DNA of 64,000 bases from the NCBI GenBank assembly GCA_041649475.1, contig JBAZNA010000001.1:750594-814593 (forward strand), written 5' to 3'. The notes below the pieces were generated by a model. The model made no database searches. It saw nothing but the letters and a program-made list of their open reading frames with translations, and was not told the origin of the DNA. Of this stretch, positions 18,803 to 27,864 are shown piece by piece. The position numbers and the translations under genes were made by a program. Position 1 is the stretch's first letter. Each line of letters opens with the position of its first letter. This DNA is from Patescibacteria group bacterium (GTDB lineage: Bacteria > Patescibacteriota > Patescibacteriia > Magasanikbacterales > GWA2-37-8).

Positions 18803-19909
18803 TTAATTGGTTACGATATAATGCTGGGCCAGACCCTCTAAACGGCTGAAATTTTCCTTATACCAGGCCAAGGTGCGATCCAAACCCTCGGCAAAAGTAA
18901 TTTCCGGTTTAAAACCAAGAGCCCTGATCTTACTGGAATCCAAATATTGATTGGGGATCTCAATAAAATTCGGCGCTTTTTCTTGCATAATCGGTTCAAT
19001 GTCTTTTATTTTTTTACGCAACATATCAATCACCATGGTAACACTGCGGATCTTGTCGCATTTGGATACATCCGCCAATTCCGCTTGCGAGTAAGAACCC
19101 AGATTATACGCCGCCCAGCCATAAGTTTCCTTGCCTGATTTGGGCATTAAACTGTTATTTTCTCCATAAATAGATTTTATCTTTTCGGCCGCTAAAAGAT
19201 ACCCGGTGACAACATCTTCAATATAAAGGTATTCTCTCAAAACGTCGGCATTACCAGTGTTAATATGAGGAGGCAGGTCTGAAAGCAAACACATTATGGT
19301 CCGCGGTATCAAACGGGAAAAATTCAGATCGCCCGGGCCATACATATTACAAGGCCGCAAAATAACAACCGGTAACTTAAACTGATAAGAATATGTCTGG
19401 CTAAGCATGTCCACGCAAACCTTGGACGCGCTATAAACATCCAGCCCGCGCAGGGCGTAATTTTCTCTATAAGGCAAGCTTTCCAAATTATCGTTCGCAT
19501 GATCCCCATACGACTTATCCGTGGAAGCGATGACCACCCGGGGAATTTTATTAACCCTGGCAACTTCTAAAATATTTAAAGTGCCGGCCACATTGTTTTC
19601 AATGGTTGACATCGGCGCATTGCTGGCGTCGCTCACAATAGCCGAAGCGGCCAAGTGAAACATGGTGTCTATCTGATGGCGGTCGCAAATCCTGCGCAAA
19701 GCATAATAATCAAGGAGGTCACAATATTCAACATCGGGGGCGCTATCTGCGCCGATTAAATTAAGCATGTTAAACGGACGGGTGTGGCGCACGGTAATAG
19801 TTACACAAGCGCCGCAATTCAAAAGCTGTTTTACTAAATTTGATGCTAAAAAACCATCCCCTCCGGTAACAAGAACTCGTTTGCCATGCCAAAAATCTTT
19901 TCGTTCCAT
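18803..19909 (-). CDS. NDP-hexose 4,6-dehydratase, CDP-glucose 4,6-dehydratase (RfbG/DdhB)-like
   Basis: MERKDFWHGKRVLVTGGDGFLASNL mirrors the RfbG hallmark N-terminus FWxGKRVFVTGHTGFKGSWL. YxxxK is present (DVYSASKVCVDML), and the 368 aa length is similar to RfbG. Confidence 0.55.
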   Translation of the reverse strand: MERKDFWHGKRVLVTGGDGFLASNLVKQLLNCGACVTITVRHTRPFNMLNLIGADSAPDVEYCDLLDYYALRRICDRHQIDTMFHLAASAIVSDASNAPMSTIENNVAGTLNILEVARVNKIPRVVIASTDKSYGDHANDNLESLPYRENYALRGLDVYSASKVCVDMLSQTYSYQFKLPVVILRPCNMYGPGDLNFSRLIPRTIMCLLSDLPPHINTGNADVLREYLYIEDVVTGYLLAAEKIKSIYGENNSLMPKSGKETYGWAAYNLGSYSQAELADVSKCDKIRSVTMVIDMLRKKIKDIEPIMQEKAPNFIEIPNQYLDSSKIRALGFKPEITFAEGLDRTLAWYKENFSRLEGLAQHYIVTN

Positions 19910-19911
19910 AG

Positions 19912-21111
19912 TTATAATTTGTATTTAAAGTAGAGAACATCGCCGGTAGTGCTAAAATTTGTTCTATTCTTCCAGAAGTAATCCCAGGTGCACGAAATGT
20001 TATTTTTACACAGGTCCATAATGGTGAAAAGGGTCGCGTAACGCAGGGTGCTTTGGATGATGTATGGCGTAATCATAGCCAAAACGACCATGCCCACGGC
20101 AATATGTCTGTACCAGCGGCCTTTCATATATACCCTATAAATGCCATAGCAGGCAATAGGGACAAAAAACCAGGCGGAAATAAATACTGTCCGGGCGACA
20201 AACAGCGACCACAGGTAATAAGACATGCTTGAAGGTATAACCGCCAATAGATAAATTTTTATGTTTCTATCAAGCGTCCGCCAATTTTTAATCAGAAAGT
20301 ATAAACCAACTATAATAAACAGCCACAAAATGTTATAGGTGCTGGCATGGACGCCAAACCATTTGAACAGGGTGTAATTGTCCGTCGTGTATGTTTGCCA
20401 GTTGAATGTAAACCATTGCAGGGAGCTGTAATGAATGGCGCTCCCCCGAAACGAGTTAACAATGATTGTCGCCAGCGGAAAAACAGAAAATCTGATAAAA
20501 TTAAACGCTCTTTCTTTCCAGGAAACTTTATCAAGCAGAAATAAAATACCGACAAACAGCGCGCCCATGCAACCGCTTTCCTTTGTCAGTACCCCAAAAG
20601 CCACCGCGATGCCGCCTAAAAAAAGCCAATTCTTATTTTTAGTATTTTCCCACCATCTCCAGCCGGCGTATATGGTGAGTAAAAACCAGAAATAACCGCC
20701 AATATCCTGAACCTGGGTCAAACCGTAACGTACCATGGCGTATCCACTTATCACAATCAGGGCAGAAGTGAAGCCGATGAAATTACTTTTAAATACCCGT
20801 CTGATCAGACCATAAGTTAAAAACACGAGGCCGTAATAAAAAATGATATTGGTCATGATTAAACCCTGTTCCGCGGTCAAAAATCTGAAAATGGTCGCGC
20901 CCATTACCGCATAAAAGGGATTAAGATACCGGGCCGGGACGAAAAAGAAAAACGACATGTGTTCACCTCGAAAAAATCTGATGAATTCAATAAAACTGTA
21001 AGTGTCGTTGTTTGGGTGAAAACCATACAACGCGGCGAATAGGGCCAAGTTCAGAGAAGCCAACAAAAAGAGCCAAATAAGTATTTTATGTTTCTCAATT
21101 TTTTCTAACAT
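19912..21111 (-). CDS. Polytopic membrane protein, possible GT-C-type glycosyltransferase or polymerase
   Basis: 399 aa with about 11 TM segments, aromatic-rich, no soluble domain. Confidence 0.35.
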   Translation of the reverse strand: MLEKIEKHKILIWLFLLASLNLALFAALYGFHPNNDTYSFIEFIRFFRGEHMSFFFFVPARYLNPFYAVMGATIFRFLTAEQGLIMTNIIFYYGLVFLTYGLIRRVFKSNFIGFTSALIVISGYAMVRYGLTQVQDIGGYFWFLLTIYAGWRWWENTKNKNWLFLGGIAVAFGVLTKESGCMGALFVGILFLLDKVSWKERAFNFIRFSVFPLATIIVNSFRGSAIHYSSLQWFTFNWQTYTTDNYTLFKWFGVHASTYNILWLFIIVGLYFLIKNWRTLDRNIKIYLLAVIPSSMSYYLWSLFVARTVFISAWFFVPIACYGIYRVYMKGRWYRHIAVGMVVLAMITPYIIQSTLRYATLFTIMDLCKNNISCTWDYFWKNRTNFSTTGDVLYFKYKL

Positions 21112-21125
21112 AATAAAAAATTATT

Positions 21126-21815
21126 TTATATTTTTATTCTATATTTTAATAATGTCCAAATTGCGACTAACTCATCACGCCAACAAATTTTCTTGCCTTC
21201 TGCCTTATGCCGGGGCCGGTAGGAAATAGGCACTTCCGAGATTTTTATTCCGCGCAGGGCCGTAAGCGCGGTCACTTCGGGGCAGAACTCAAAACGGCGG
21301 CAATGCAAATCTAAATTTTTTAGAAAATCGGTTTTAAACATTTTATAACAAGTCGGCTCGTCGGTTAATTTTTGTCCGTATAATAGGTTGGCTAAAATCG
21401 TGAGCAACCATCCACCAAAATAATACAACAGTCCTGAATATTGTGTATTTTCTTCTTTTAGGCGTCTTGAACCATAAAGAACCAACAACCCCTCGCTGAT
21501 CATTTTTTCCATCATCGGTTTAAAATCACTTGGATCATACTCCAAATCAGCATCTTGGATCACAACATAATCGCCGGTGGCTTCTTTTAATCCGCTTCGA
21601 ATCGCCGCCCCCTTTCCCTGGTTCTGGTCATGAAAAAGCACTCTGCCCCAGCCATTTGAACTCTTAAGAAATTCGCGCGTCCCGTCCACGGAGCAATCAT
21701 CAACAATAATTATTTCTTTTTCAACGCCGGCCAAATCCAAATCACTCAATTTTGTTAAAATCTCGGTGATGGTACTTTTTTCGTTATAAACCGGAACGAT
21801 TACTGAAAGCTTCAC
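21126..21815 (-). CDS. Family 2 glycosyltransferase (polyprenyl-phosphate sugar transferase-like) with a C-terminal TM
   Basis: MKLSVIVPVYNEKSTITEIL...IIIVDDCSVDGT. Confidence 0.7.
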   Translation of the reverse strand: MKLSVIVPVYNEKSTITEILTKLSDLDLAGVEKEIIIVDDCSVDGTREFLKSSNGWGRVLFHDQNQGKGAAIRSGLKEATGDYVVIQDADLEYDPSDFKPMMEKMISEGLLVLYGSRRLKEENTQYSGLLYYFGGWLLTILANLLYGQKLTDEPTCYKMFKTDFLKNLDLHCRRFEFCPEVTALTALRGIKISEVPISYRPRHKAEGKKICWRDELVAIWTLLKYRIKI

Positions 21816-21821
21816 AGGCCT

Positions 21822-21965
21822 TTAAAATATCGTGTAAATAAAGGGCGCGAGCGGCGAGGTCTGGGCAAAAACCAAAAGAACACCAAACAAAATCAAAATA
21901 ATTAAAATTGGCGCCAGCCACCAGGCCTTTCTGATTTTTAAAAAATTCCAGAGCTGCTTTAACAT
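21822..21965 (-). CDS. 47-aa conserved small membrane protein (DUF5989-like; a typical partner of O-carbamoyltransferase loci)
   Basis: Not in the ORF track because it is under 60 aa. Hand translation gives MLKQLWNFLKIRKAWWLAPILIILILFGVLLVFAQTSPLAPFIYTIF*. It has an amphipathic N-terminus, a single TM segment and a ...APFIYT(I/L)F C-terminus. Confidence 0.5.
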   Translation of the reverse strand: MLKQLWNFLKIRKAWWLAPILIILILFGVLLVFAQTSPLAPFIYTIF

Positions 21966-22009
21966 GTTGATCATAAAATTATTTACTAGCCCGAAGGGCG
22001 TTTAAAAGC

Positions 22010-23191
22010 TTATTTATAAAAAGAATCAAAAATAAATTTCGCTAATACATCGGATACCACATCGTGTCCACCTTGTGAAAAGTGCCCCCACCCATTTTTA
22101 TACATCTCCTTGCCGTCAGATACTTCTTTCTCCATTGTTTCCCGTAAATTTATCATTTTTATCGAAGGATCTAATCCGGCAATTAATCTGTCTTCAAATG
22201 CCTTTGGATTAAAATCAACATTTTTTAATCCGGGATACTGATCGAGGTATGAATTTAATACATTTTTATCAACCGTCATGCCTTGCGGAATAAACATGAG
22301 CGCGAACTTAACGCCATCTTTGTCCAGCTGTTTTTTTAAATTATCCAGAAGATCAATACTAAATTGTAAATACTTCGAACGCTGCTCATCCAACGGAGTA
22401 ATGTAATAATAATCATCATAAGGAATAACCAGTCCATTTTCACCCTTAGCCGGCGGACGATATAAACCGAATTTAACGGCAAAATCATACAATACCGGAC
22501 TGCCCCTTACTATCCGATCAAAAAACCTGATAATGGCTGACATTCTGTATATCCTATCCTTAACTGATACAAAGTTATTTATCTGTGTTGAGGCGTATTG
22601 AGGAAAAGTGTTCCATGATTCTTTTGAAGCCAACATCGCATCCTTGTATTTGTAGCTATAACTATTATCAGTAGCGTCATTTTGAAGATAAAAAGCTAAA
22701 ACCACGACATCGGGATGATATTTTTGGGCGTACTTTTCATAATATTTCATCTGGTCCACTGTTCCCGTACCGCCAATACCGAAGTTTAATACTTCAACTT
22801 TATTGTATGTTGAACTGGGATTTGTAAAAAGTAAATCTTGAAATTTTTTGCTTAATTGATATACAAAAGTTCTATTGTAATCGACCCCGGTCGCCTCAAC
22901 ATACGAATCTCCCAAAACCACGATTCGCAAGGTGCCGCTGGCCTTTTCTTCGCTAAAATCATCACCTAAAAATCCTAAACTATTAGATTTAACATGGAAA
23001 TATTTTAATTCTTCATTATCAAACAAGTTCCTGTCTAAATTTGGTTTCAAAACCGCCATGCCGTCTTTGTTTATTCTCCAAATTGAGACATAAGTTTGAG
23101 TTTCAAAGAGGTGGAGAATACATTCAATCGCGACCAAGGTCAGTAAAACCGAAATAATCAAAGTTAGCCACCTTTTTTTAGTTTCGCTCAT
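22010..23191 (-). CDS. Membrane-anchored SGNH/GDSL-like protein (possible polysaccharide O-acyl-transferase or esterase, AlgX/AlgJ-like)
   Basis: N-terminal TM helix, then RIVVLGDSYVEATG (GDS(x) block I) and a C-terminal GWGHFSQGGHD. Confidence 0.4.
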   Translation of the reverse strand: MSETKKRWLTLIISVLLTLVAIECILHLFETQTYVSIWRINKDGMAVLKPNLDRNLFDNEELKYFHVKSNSLGFLGDDFSEEKASGTLRIVVLGDSYVEATGVDYNRTFVYQLSKKFQDLLFTNPSSTYNKVEVLNFGIGGTGTVDQMKYYEKYAQKYHPDVVVLAFYLQNDATDNSYSYKYKDAMLASKESWNTFPQYASTQINNFVSVKDRIYRMSAIIRFFDRIVRGSPVLYDFAVKFGLYRPPAKGENGLVIPYDDYYYITPLDEQRSKYLQFSIDLLDNLKKQLDKDGVKFALMFIPQGMTVDKNVLNSYLDQYPGLKNVDFNPKAFEDRLIAGLDPSIKMINLRETMEKEVSDGKEMYKNGWGHFSQGGHDVVSDVLAKFIFDSFYK

Positions 23192-23244
23192 AAATTAAGT
23201 AAAAATATGCCTATATTGTAGCACTTAAAAACGCTTTCTGTCAA

Positions 23245-25032
23245 TTAATCAAGTTTAAATTTGCCCAAATAAGTTCTCATTTTTTCCTCATCCACCAGAT
23301 GCTGGTTGTCTTTCTTGGAAATCAGATAATTACCCAGAACCAGATAGTCCATGAAGGTGTTTAAAAACGTGCTCAACGCGTCTTTGGGCGACATCACTAT
23401 GGGCTCGCCGCGGACATTAAAGGAGGTATTGATAATAACCGGACAACCGGTTTTTTGGTAAAAGGCGTTAATTATATCGTAATAACGCGGATTCTGCGCT
23501 CTGCTGACCGACTGGATGCGGGCCGAATTATCAACATGAGTGATGGCCGGGATGTCCGTTCTCTTTACCTGTGCGACCAAAAGCATATAGGGCGTCGGGT
23601 ATTTTATGTCAAAACATTCGCTGTTTTTATCCTCAAGCACGGTCGGCGCGAACGGCCGGAAACTCTCCCTGAATTTGATTTTCAAATTCACCTTCTGCCA
23701 ATTTTCCTTGTTGCGGGCGTCAGCGATGATTGAGCGATTGCCCAAAGCGCGCGGGCCGTATTCCATGCGCCCACCAAAAAGCCCGATGACATTACTGCCG
23801 GTAATTAAATCAGAAATCTTATCAATCAGCTCGCTGTCATTTAAATATTGATACTTAATTTTTTCGTTATCAAGGAAATTTTTAATTTCTTCATTACTGT
23901 ATTCCGGACCCAAGTAAGCGTTGACCATTACCTTCTGGTTCGACGGCGGGAACTGGTGACTCAAAACCTGGTAATAAACATACAGAGCACTGCCGACCGC
24001 GCCACCGGCGTCGCCTGAAGCCGGCTGGATGTATAAATTCTCAAACCAGCCCTTCTCCAAGATTTTGCCATTGGCCACGCAGTTTAAAGCCACCCCGCCG
24101 GCCATGCACAAATTTTTTGACGGGTGCACTTGCCGGGCATGGTCAACAATTTTTAAAACGATTTCATTGGTGATCTTCTGCAAAGCCGCGGCAATATCTT
24201 TTTCGCGCTGGGTCGGGGCCGTGCCGAATTTTACAGCCGGACCGCCGAAAAGCTGGTCAAAATTCTTATTGGTCATGCGTAAACCAGCTTCATAGGAAAA
24301 ATACTTCATGTTCAATTTAAAACTGCCGTCGTCTTTAACTGCAACCAATTCTTTAAATTTATCGTAATATTTTTCCGGATCTCCGTATGGAGCCAAGCCC
24401 ATTACTTTATATTCGGCGCTATTAACTTTAAAACCTAAATAGTAGGTCAAAGCCGAATAAAGAAGGCCTAAAGAATCCGGGAACTCAATAGTTTCTGTCA
24501 GTGTCAGTTTATTGCCTTGGCCATAGCCGATGGTGGTGGTATCATACTCACCCACTCCATCCATCGTAACCACCACCGCGTCCTCAAAATCAGAACAATA
24601 ATAGGCGCTGGCCGCGTGCGCGTAGTGATGCTCGGTAAACAAAATTTCGCCCTTGTACCCGCCCAGGGCTTTTCTGATCCGGCTTTCGACCCAAAGTTTA
24701 CTTTTGACAAACACCATTATTGCTTTGAGAAAGGAAATAAACCCTCGCGGCCAGGTGTTGATGTAGGTTTTGAGCAGGCGTTCAAATTTTAAAAGCGGCT
24801 TCTCATAAAAAACCACGTAATCGAGACGATTGACTTCTACGCCCCCGGCCTTAAGACAATAGTCCACCGCGTTCTTCGGCAAATCAGAATCATGTTTTAC
24901 GCGCGTAAAACGCTCTTCGTGGGCCGCCGCGATTACTACCCCATTTTTGATCAAAGCCGCGGCTGAATCATGATAGTCAAACGAAAGCCCCAGAATGTAA
25001 ATATCCTGCTCGTTTATGTTAAATTCATTCAT
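23245..25032 (-). CDS. NodU/CmcH-family O-carbamoyltransferase
   Basis: ILGLSFDYHDSAAALIKNGVVIAAAHEERFTRVKHDSDLP is a NodU/CmcH N-terminal signature; the 595 aa length fits. Confidence 0.8.
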   Translation of the reverse strand: MNEFNINEQDIYILGLSFDYHDSAAALIKNGVVIAAAHEERFTRVKHDSDLPKNAVDYCLKAGGVEVNRLDYVVFYEKPLLKFERLLKTYINTWPRGFISFLKAIMVFVKSKLWVESRIRKALGGYKGEILFTEHHYAHAASAYYCSDFEDAVVVTMDGVGEYDTTTIGYGQGNKLTLTETIEFPDSLGLLYSALTYYLGFKVNSAEYKVMGLAPYGDPEKYYDKFKELVAVKDDGSFKLNMKYFSYEAGLRMTNKNFDQLFGGPAVKFGTAPTQREKDIAAALQKITNEIVLKIVDHARQVHPSKNLCMAGGVALNCVANGKILEKGWFENLYIQPASGDAGGAVGSALYVYYQVLSHQFPPSNQKVMVNAYLGPEYSNEEIKNFLDNEKIKYQYLNDSELIDKISDLITGSNVIGLFGGRMEYGPRALGNRSIIADARNKENWQKVNLKIKFRESFRPFAPTVLEDKNSECFDIKYPTPYMLLVAQVKRTDIPAITHVDNSARIQSVSRAQNPRYYDIINAFYQKTGCPVIINTSFNVRGEPIVMSPKDALSTFLNTFMDYLVLGNYLISKKDNQHLVDEEKMRTYLGKFKLD

Positions 25033-25033
25033 A

Positions 25034-25267
25034 CTAAAATTGGAATTTTAAATTCTCCAGATCGGCCGGTCGGTTTTCTTTGATTTTCCAATACGATAAT
25101 GGCTGATTTTTATGGCCTTTGAGTAACCGGACAAGGCCAAAAGGCAAAGCGTATAAACCGATGATTATAAAATAAAAAACCGTCAAAATAATAAAACCGC
25201 TAATCGTCCCCAAAACATGGCTAAATTTCATCCAATACTTATACAGTGTTTTAAAAAAATTTTTCAT
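25034..25267 (-). CDS. Small membrane protein (possible SxtJ-like carbamoyltransferase-associated protein)
   Basis: 77 aa with 1-2 TM segments; its stop lies 1 nt from the carbamoyltransferase start. The assignment is tentative. Confidence 0.35.
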   Translation of the reverse strand: MKNFFKTLYKYWMKFSHVLGTISGFIILTVFYFIIIGLYALPFGLVRLLKGHKNQPLSYWKIKENRPADLENLKFQF

Positions 25268-25278
25268 AATCGTTAAAA

Positions 25279-26223
25279 TTATACTTTTTTAAGCAGCCAC
25301 AACATAATGGCCTTTTGAATATGCATTCTATTTTCGGCTTGGTCAAAAATTATTGAGTTTTTATGGTCTATAGCATCACGGCTGATTTCATAGCCGATGT
25401 GGCAGGGCATACAATGCATAATTCTGGCCTGCGGCGCGTATTTGTCAATTATTTCGGCATTGAGCTGATACGGCTTGAGCACACGCAGACGGCGATCATA
25501 TTCCGCCTGGAATTCCGGCAGAACTTTACCGTCTTTAAAAAATTCCATATCCATCCAAGTATCAGTATGGACAAAATCGGCTCCGGCCATGGCCTCGGCC
25601 AAATTTAAATTTTTAGAAACTTTTCCGGTCGCCTCGGCCATCGCGTTAAGTTCGCCATCCACACTGGACGCGTTAACCTCCGGAGCAGCCAGGCACACCT
25701 CTATCCCCAACTGCGCGCACGCCAGTTTCAAAGTATTGGAAACATTATTTTCAATACCGAGCCAGACGATTTTTTTGATTTTATCCAATCCGCCGGCGTG
25801 CTCCATCATCGTTAATATATCGCCCAAGGCCTGGCAAGGATGATATTTTTCACTGCAAGCGTCTATTACCGGAATCTGATTAAATGAAGCGGCGGTTTGC
25901 ACATCCACGGCTTTCAAGGCCCGAAACATCAACATTTGCCCAAATCTCATTACCGCCCTGATCTCGTCTTTAAAATCGGTTAAAGAAAACTGTGAAGTGC
26001 GCGAATCCAGATAAATCGCGTGCCCGCCCAGCTCGGTTGTGCCGGCTTCAAAAGACAGACGCGTGCGGGTTGATGATTTCTGAAACAGCATTATCAAAGT
26101 TTTGTTCTCAAAATATTTTGGAAAATTATTTTCGGTTCGGTCTTTTTTGAGTTTGGCCGCCAAATCCAAAATTTCCCAAATTTCTTCCTTGGTAAAATCT
26201 TTTAAAGAAATCAAATGACGCAT
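25279..26223 (-). CDS. Ornithine/aspartate carbamoyltransferase-family enzyme (OTCase-like)
   Basis: LIMLFQKSSTRTRLSFEAGTTELGGHAIYL contains the STRTR carbamoyl-phosphate motif, plus ...YHPCQALGD... and HCMPCH (the HCLP-type motif). Confidence 0.8.
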   Translation of the reverse strand: MRHLISLKDFTKEEIWEILDLAAKLKKDRTENNFPKYFENKTLIMLFQKSSTRTRLSFEAGTTELGGHAIYLDSRTSQFSLTDFKDEIRAVMRFGQMLMFRALKAVDVQTAASFNQIPVIDACSEKYHPCQALGDILTMMEHAGGLDKIKKIVWLGIENNVSNTLKLACAQLGIEVCLAAPEVNASSVDGELNAMAEATGKVSKNLNLAEAMAGADFVHTDTWMDMEFFKDGKVLPEFQAEYDRRLRVLKPYQLNAEIIDKYAPQARIMHCMPCHIGYEISRDAIDHKNSIIFDQAENRMHIQKAIMLWLLKKV

Positions 26224-26233
26224 AAAATTCTAT

Positions 26234-27082
26234 CTACGCCGCCCCACCAGCTGCTTTTTTCTTTAAGCTCCTGTCTATCTGCCATATTTGGTAGTAAAGA
26301 GAAAAATAACAGACAAAATTCTGCAGTGCCAGACTCCACCCGTTTACGCCGTGCTTCCACAAGCCATTTTTGAGCTGGGCTAAAGTAGTTTTTGGGGGAT
26401 AAGTTATTATATAATACAGCGGGTGTTTTCTGATTTTCATAGCGTGTTTTATCCATTTGTCCGGAGTAGTATTATAGCATTCGTAAGTAAAAAGCTCTGG
26501 GAAAAATCCTTTGGCCAAAGCTGGGATCCAATAATTGGCTTTTCTCATGGTCTCCTTCCAAGAGATATTATTATAATTTGGCCGATGATGTAAAATCAAA
26601 TTAGCTTTTTTAAGTCCTCCATCCACCTCACCCACCTCTTGAACCACGCCGACATAACGATAATTCTTTCTCCGGAAAAAAAGCGGCTTCTGTATGCCGG
26701 CAAAGGCGATGGCCCGTTTACCGTCCCAAAATTCCCAGTCAAAGATATATCCGTTGACGTTATCGTCGGACCCTAAGAGCGCGCGGATTTTGCCGTGATC
26801 GGCAACATCAAAATATTCATCGGCATCAAAACGCAACAACCATTCGCAGGTGGCCTGGGCAAAGGCAAAGGCCAGATGTCCTTCAACCACGCACTGATGC
26901 TCGCGCACGAAAATTTTGTCAGTATATTGTTTAGCAATTTCCAAAGTCCGGTCGGTGCAGGGGCCGTCGTGAATTATTATAATTTCATCAGCCAGACCCT
27001 TAATGCTGCTGAGACACCTTTCAATAATTTTTTCTTCGTTATAAATCACTAAACACGCGGAGATTGTTACTGGTTTGCTCAT
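26234..27082 (-). CDS. Family 2 glycosyltransferase
   Basis: ISACLVIYNEEKIIERCLSSI...IIIIHDGPCTDRT. Confidence 0.65.
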   Translation of the reverse strand: MSKPVTISACLVIYNEEKIIERCLSSIKGLADEIIIIHDGPCTDRTLEIAKQYTDKIFVREHQCVVEGHLAFAFAQATCEWLLRFDADEYFDVADHGKIRALLGSDDNVNGYIFDWEFWDGKRAIAFAGIQKPLFFRRKNYRYVGVVQEVGEVDGGLKKANLILHHRPNYNNISWKETMRKANYWIPALAKGFFPELFTYECYNTTPDKWIKHAMKIRKHPLYYIITYPPKTTLAQLKNGLWKHGVNGWSLALQNFVCYFSLYYQIWQIDRSLKKKAAGGAA

Positions 27083-27819
27083 ATTGAAGCTGGGATATTA
27101 AACTGTTGTATTGCTTTTTGCGCGTCATTTAAAAAGTTAACCACGGTCTCTTTGGTACGAGCGGACAAAAGCGACTTGGCGATAACATCCGGCGGAATGG
27201 TGAGAATATGAGCGCCGCTCTTAGCCCATAATTCCACATTCTCCGGAGTACGAACCGCACCGACGATAATTTCAATGTTTTTATAATTATGAAAATCCAG
27301 CCACTGCCTCACTTCTTTTAATACCTTTTGGGCTTGTTCCACCCCATGCTCCTCGGAAATCCGGCCGCCAAAAATGCTGATATAATGAGTTTTTTTAACT
27401 GCTGCTTTGGCCAAACCGGCATTTATGGCTTTAGTGGCCATAATGGCCTGATTAAAAGTCATCATCGCGGTCACATTGACCGATACGCCCTCGCTGACAA
27501 GCTGATAAATAACCGGCAAAAGAGAGACGCCGTTTTGATCAGTAACTGTTATTTTTACCGTAATATTATCCGCCCAGGTATTATATTTTCTGGCCTGATT
27601 TAAAATTTCATTGGGATTATCAGTAGTCACTTCCACGCTTAACGAAAGCGGCGCGATTAATCCGGCTATTTCAACTGCTCGAGCTTTTATACCTTCTTCT
27701 CCTCCCGTAACTCCCGCCTTTAAACAAATACTCGGATTAGTAGTAACTCCGTCACAGAGCCCCCAACTAATATACTTTTCAATCTCCTTGACGTCCGCGC
27801 TGTCAATAAACACCTTCAT
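27079..27819 (-). CDS. Transaldolase / fructose-6-phosphate aldolase family (short TalC/FSA type)
   Basis: MKVFIDSADVKEIEKYISWGLCDGVTTNPS is the hallmark transaldolase/FSA N-terminus; 246 aa. Confidence 0.75.
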   Translation of the reverse strand: MKVFIDSADVKEIEKYISWGLCDGVTTNPSICLKAGVTGGEEGIKARAVEIAGLIAPLSLSVEVTTDNPNEILNQARKYNTWADNITVKITVTDQNGVSLLPVIYQLVSEGVSVNVTAMMTFNQAIMATKAINAGLAKAAVKKTHYISIFGGRISEEHGVEQAQKVLKEVRQWLDFHNYKNIEIIVGAVRTPENVELWAKSGAHILTIPPDVIAKSLLSARTKETVVNFLNDAQKAIQQFNIPASI

Positions 27820-27864
27820 AAGTTAAATCATCCTTAATAATTAAATTGATTGTCATAAAAAGCT

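Noticed and set aside
25279-26223. OTCase-like gene as evidence of an arginine biosynthesis operon.
   Set aside because: No argB, argC, argD, argG, argH, carA or carB is present in 64 kb, and the gene is embedded in glycan genes next to a carbamoyl-P-consuming transferase. It is treated instead as a pathway-dedicated transcarbamylase. This is a hypothesis, not a fact.
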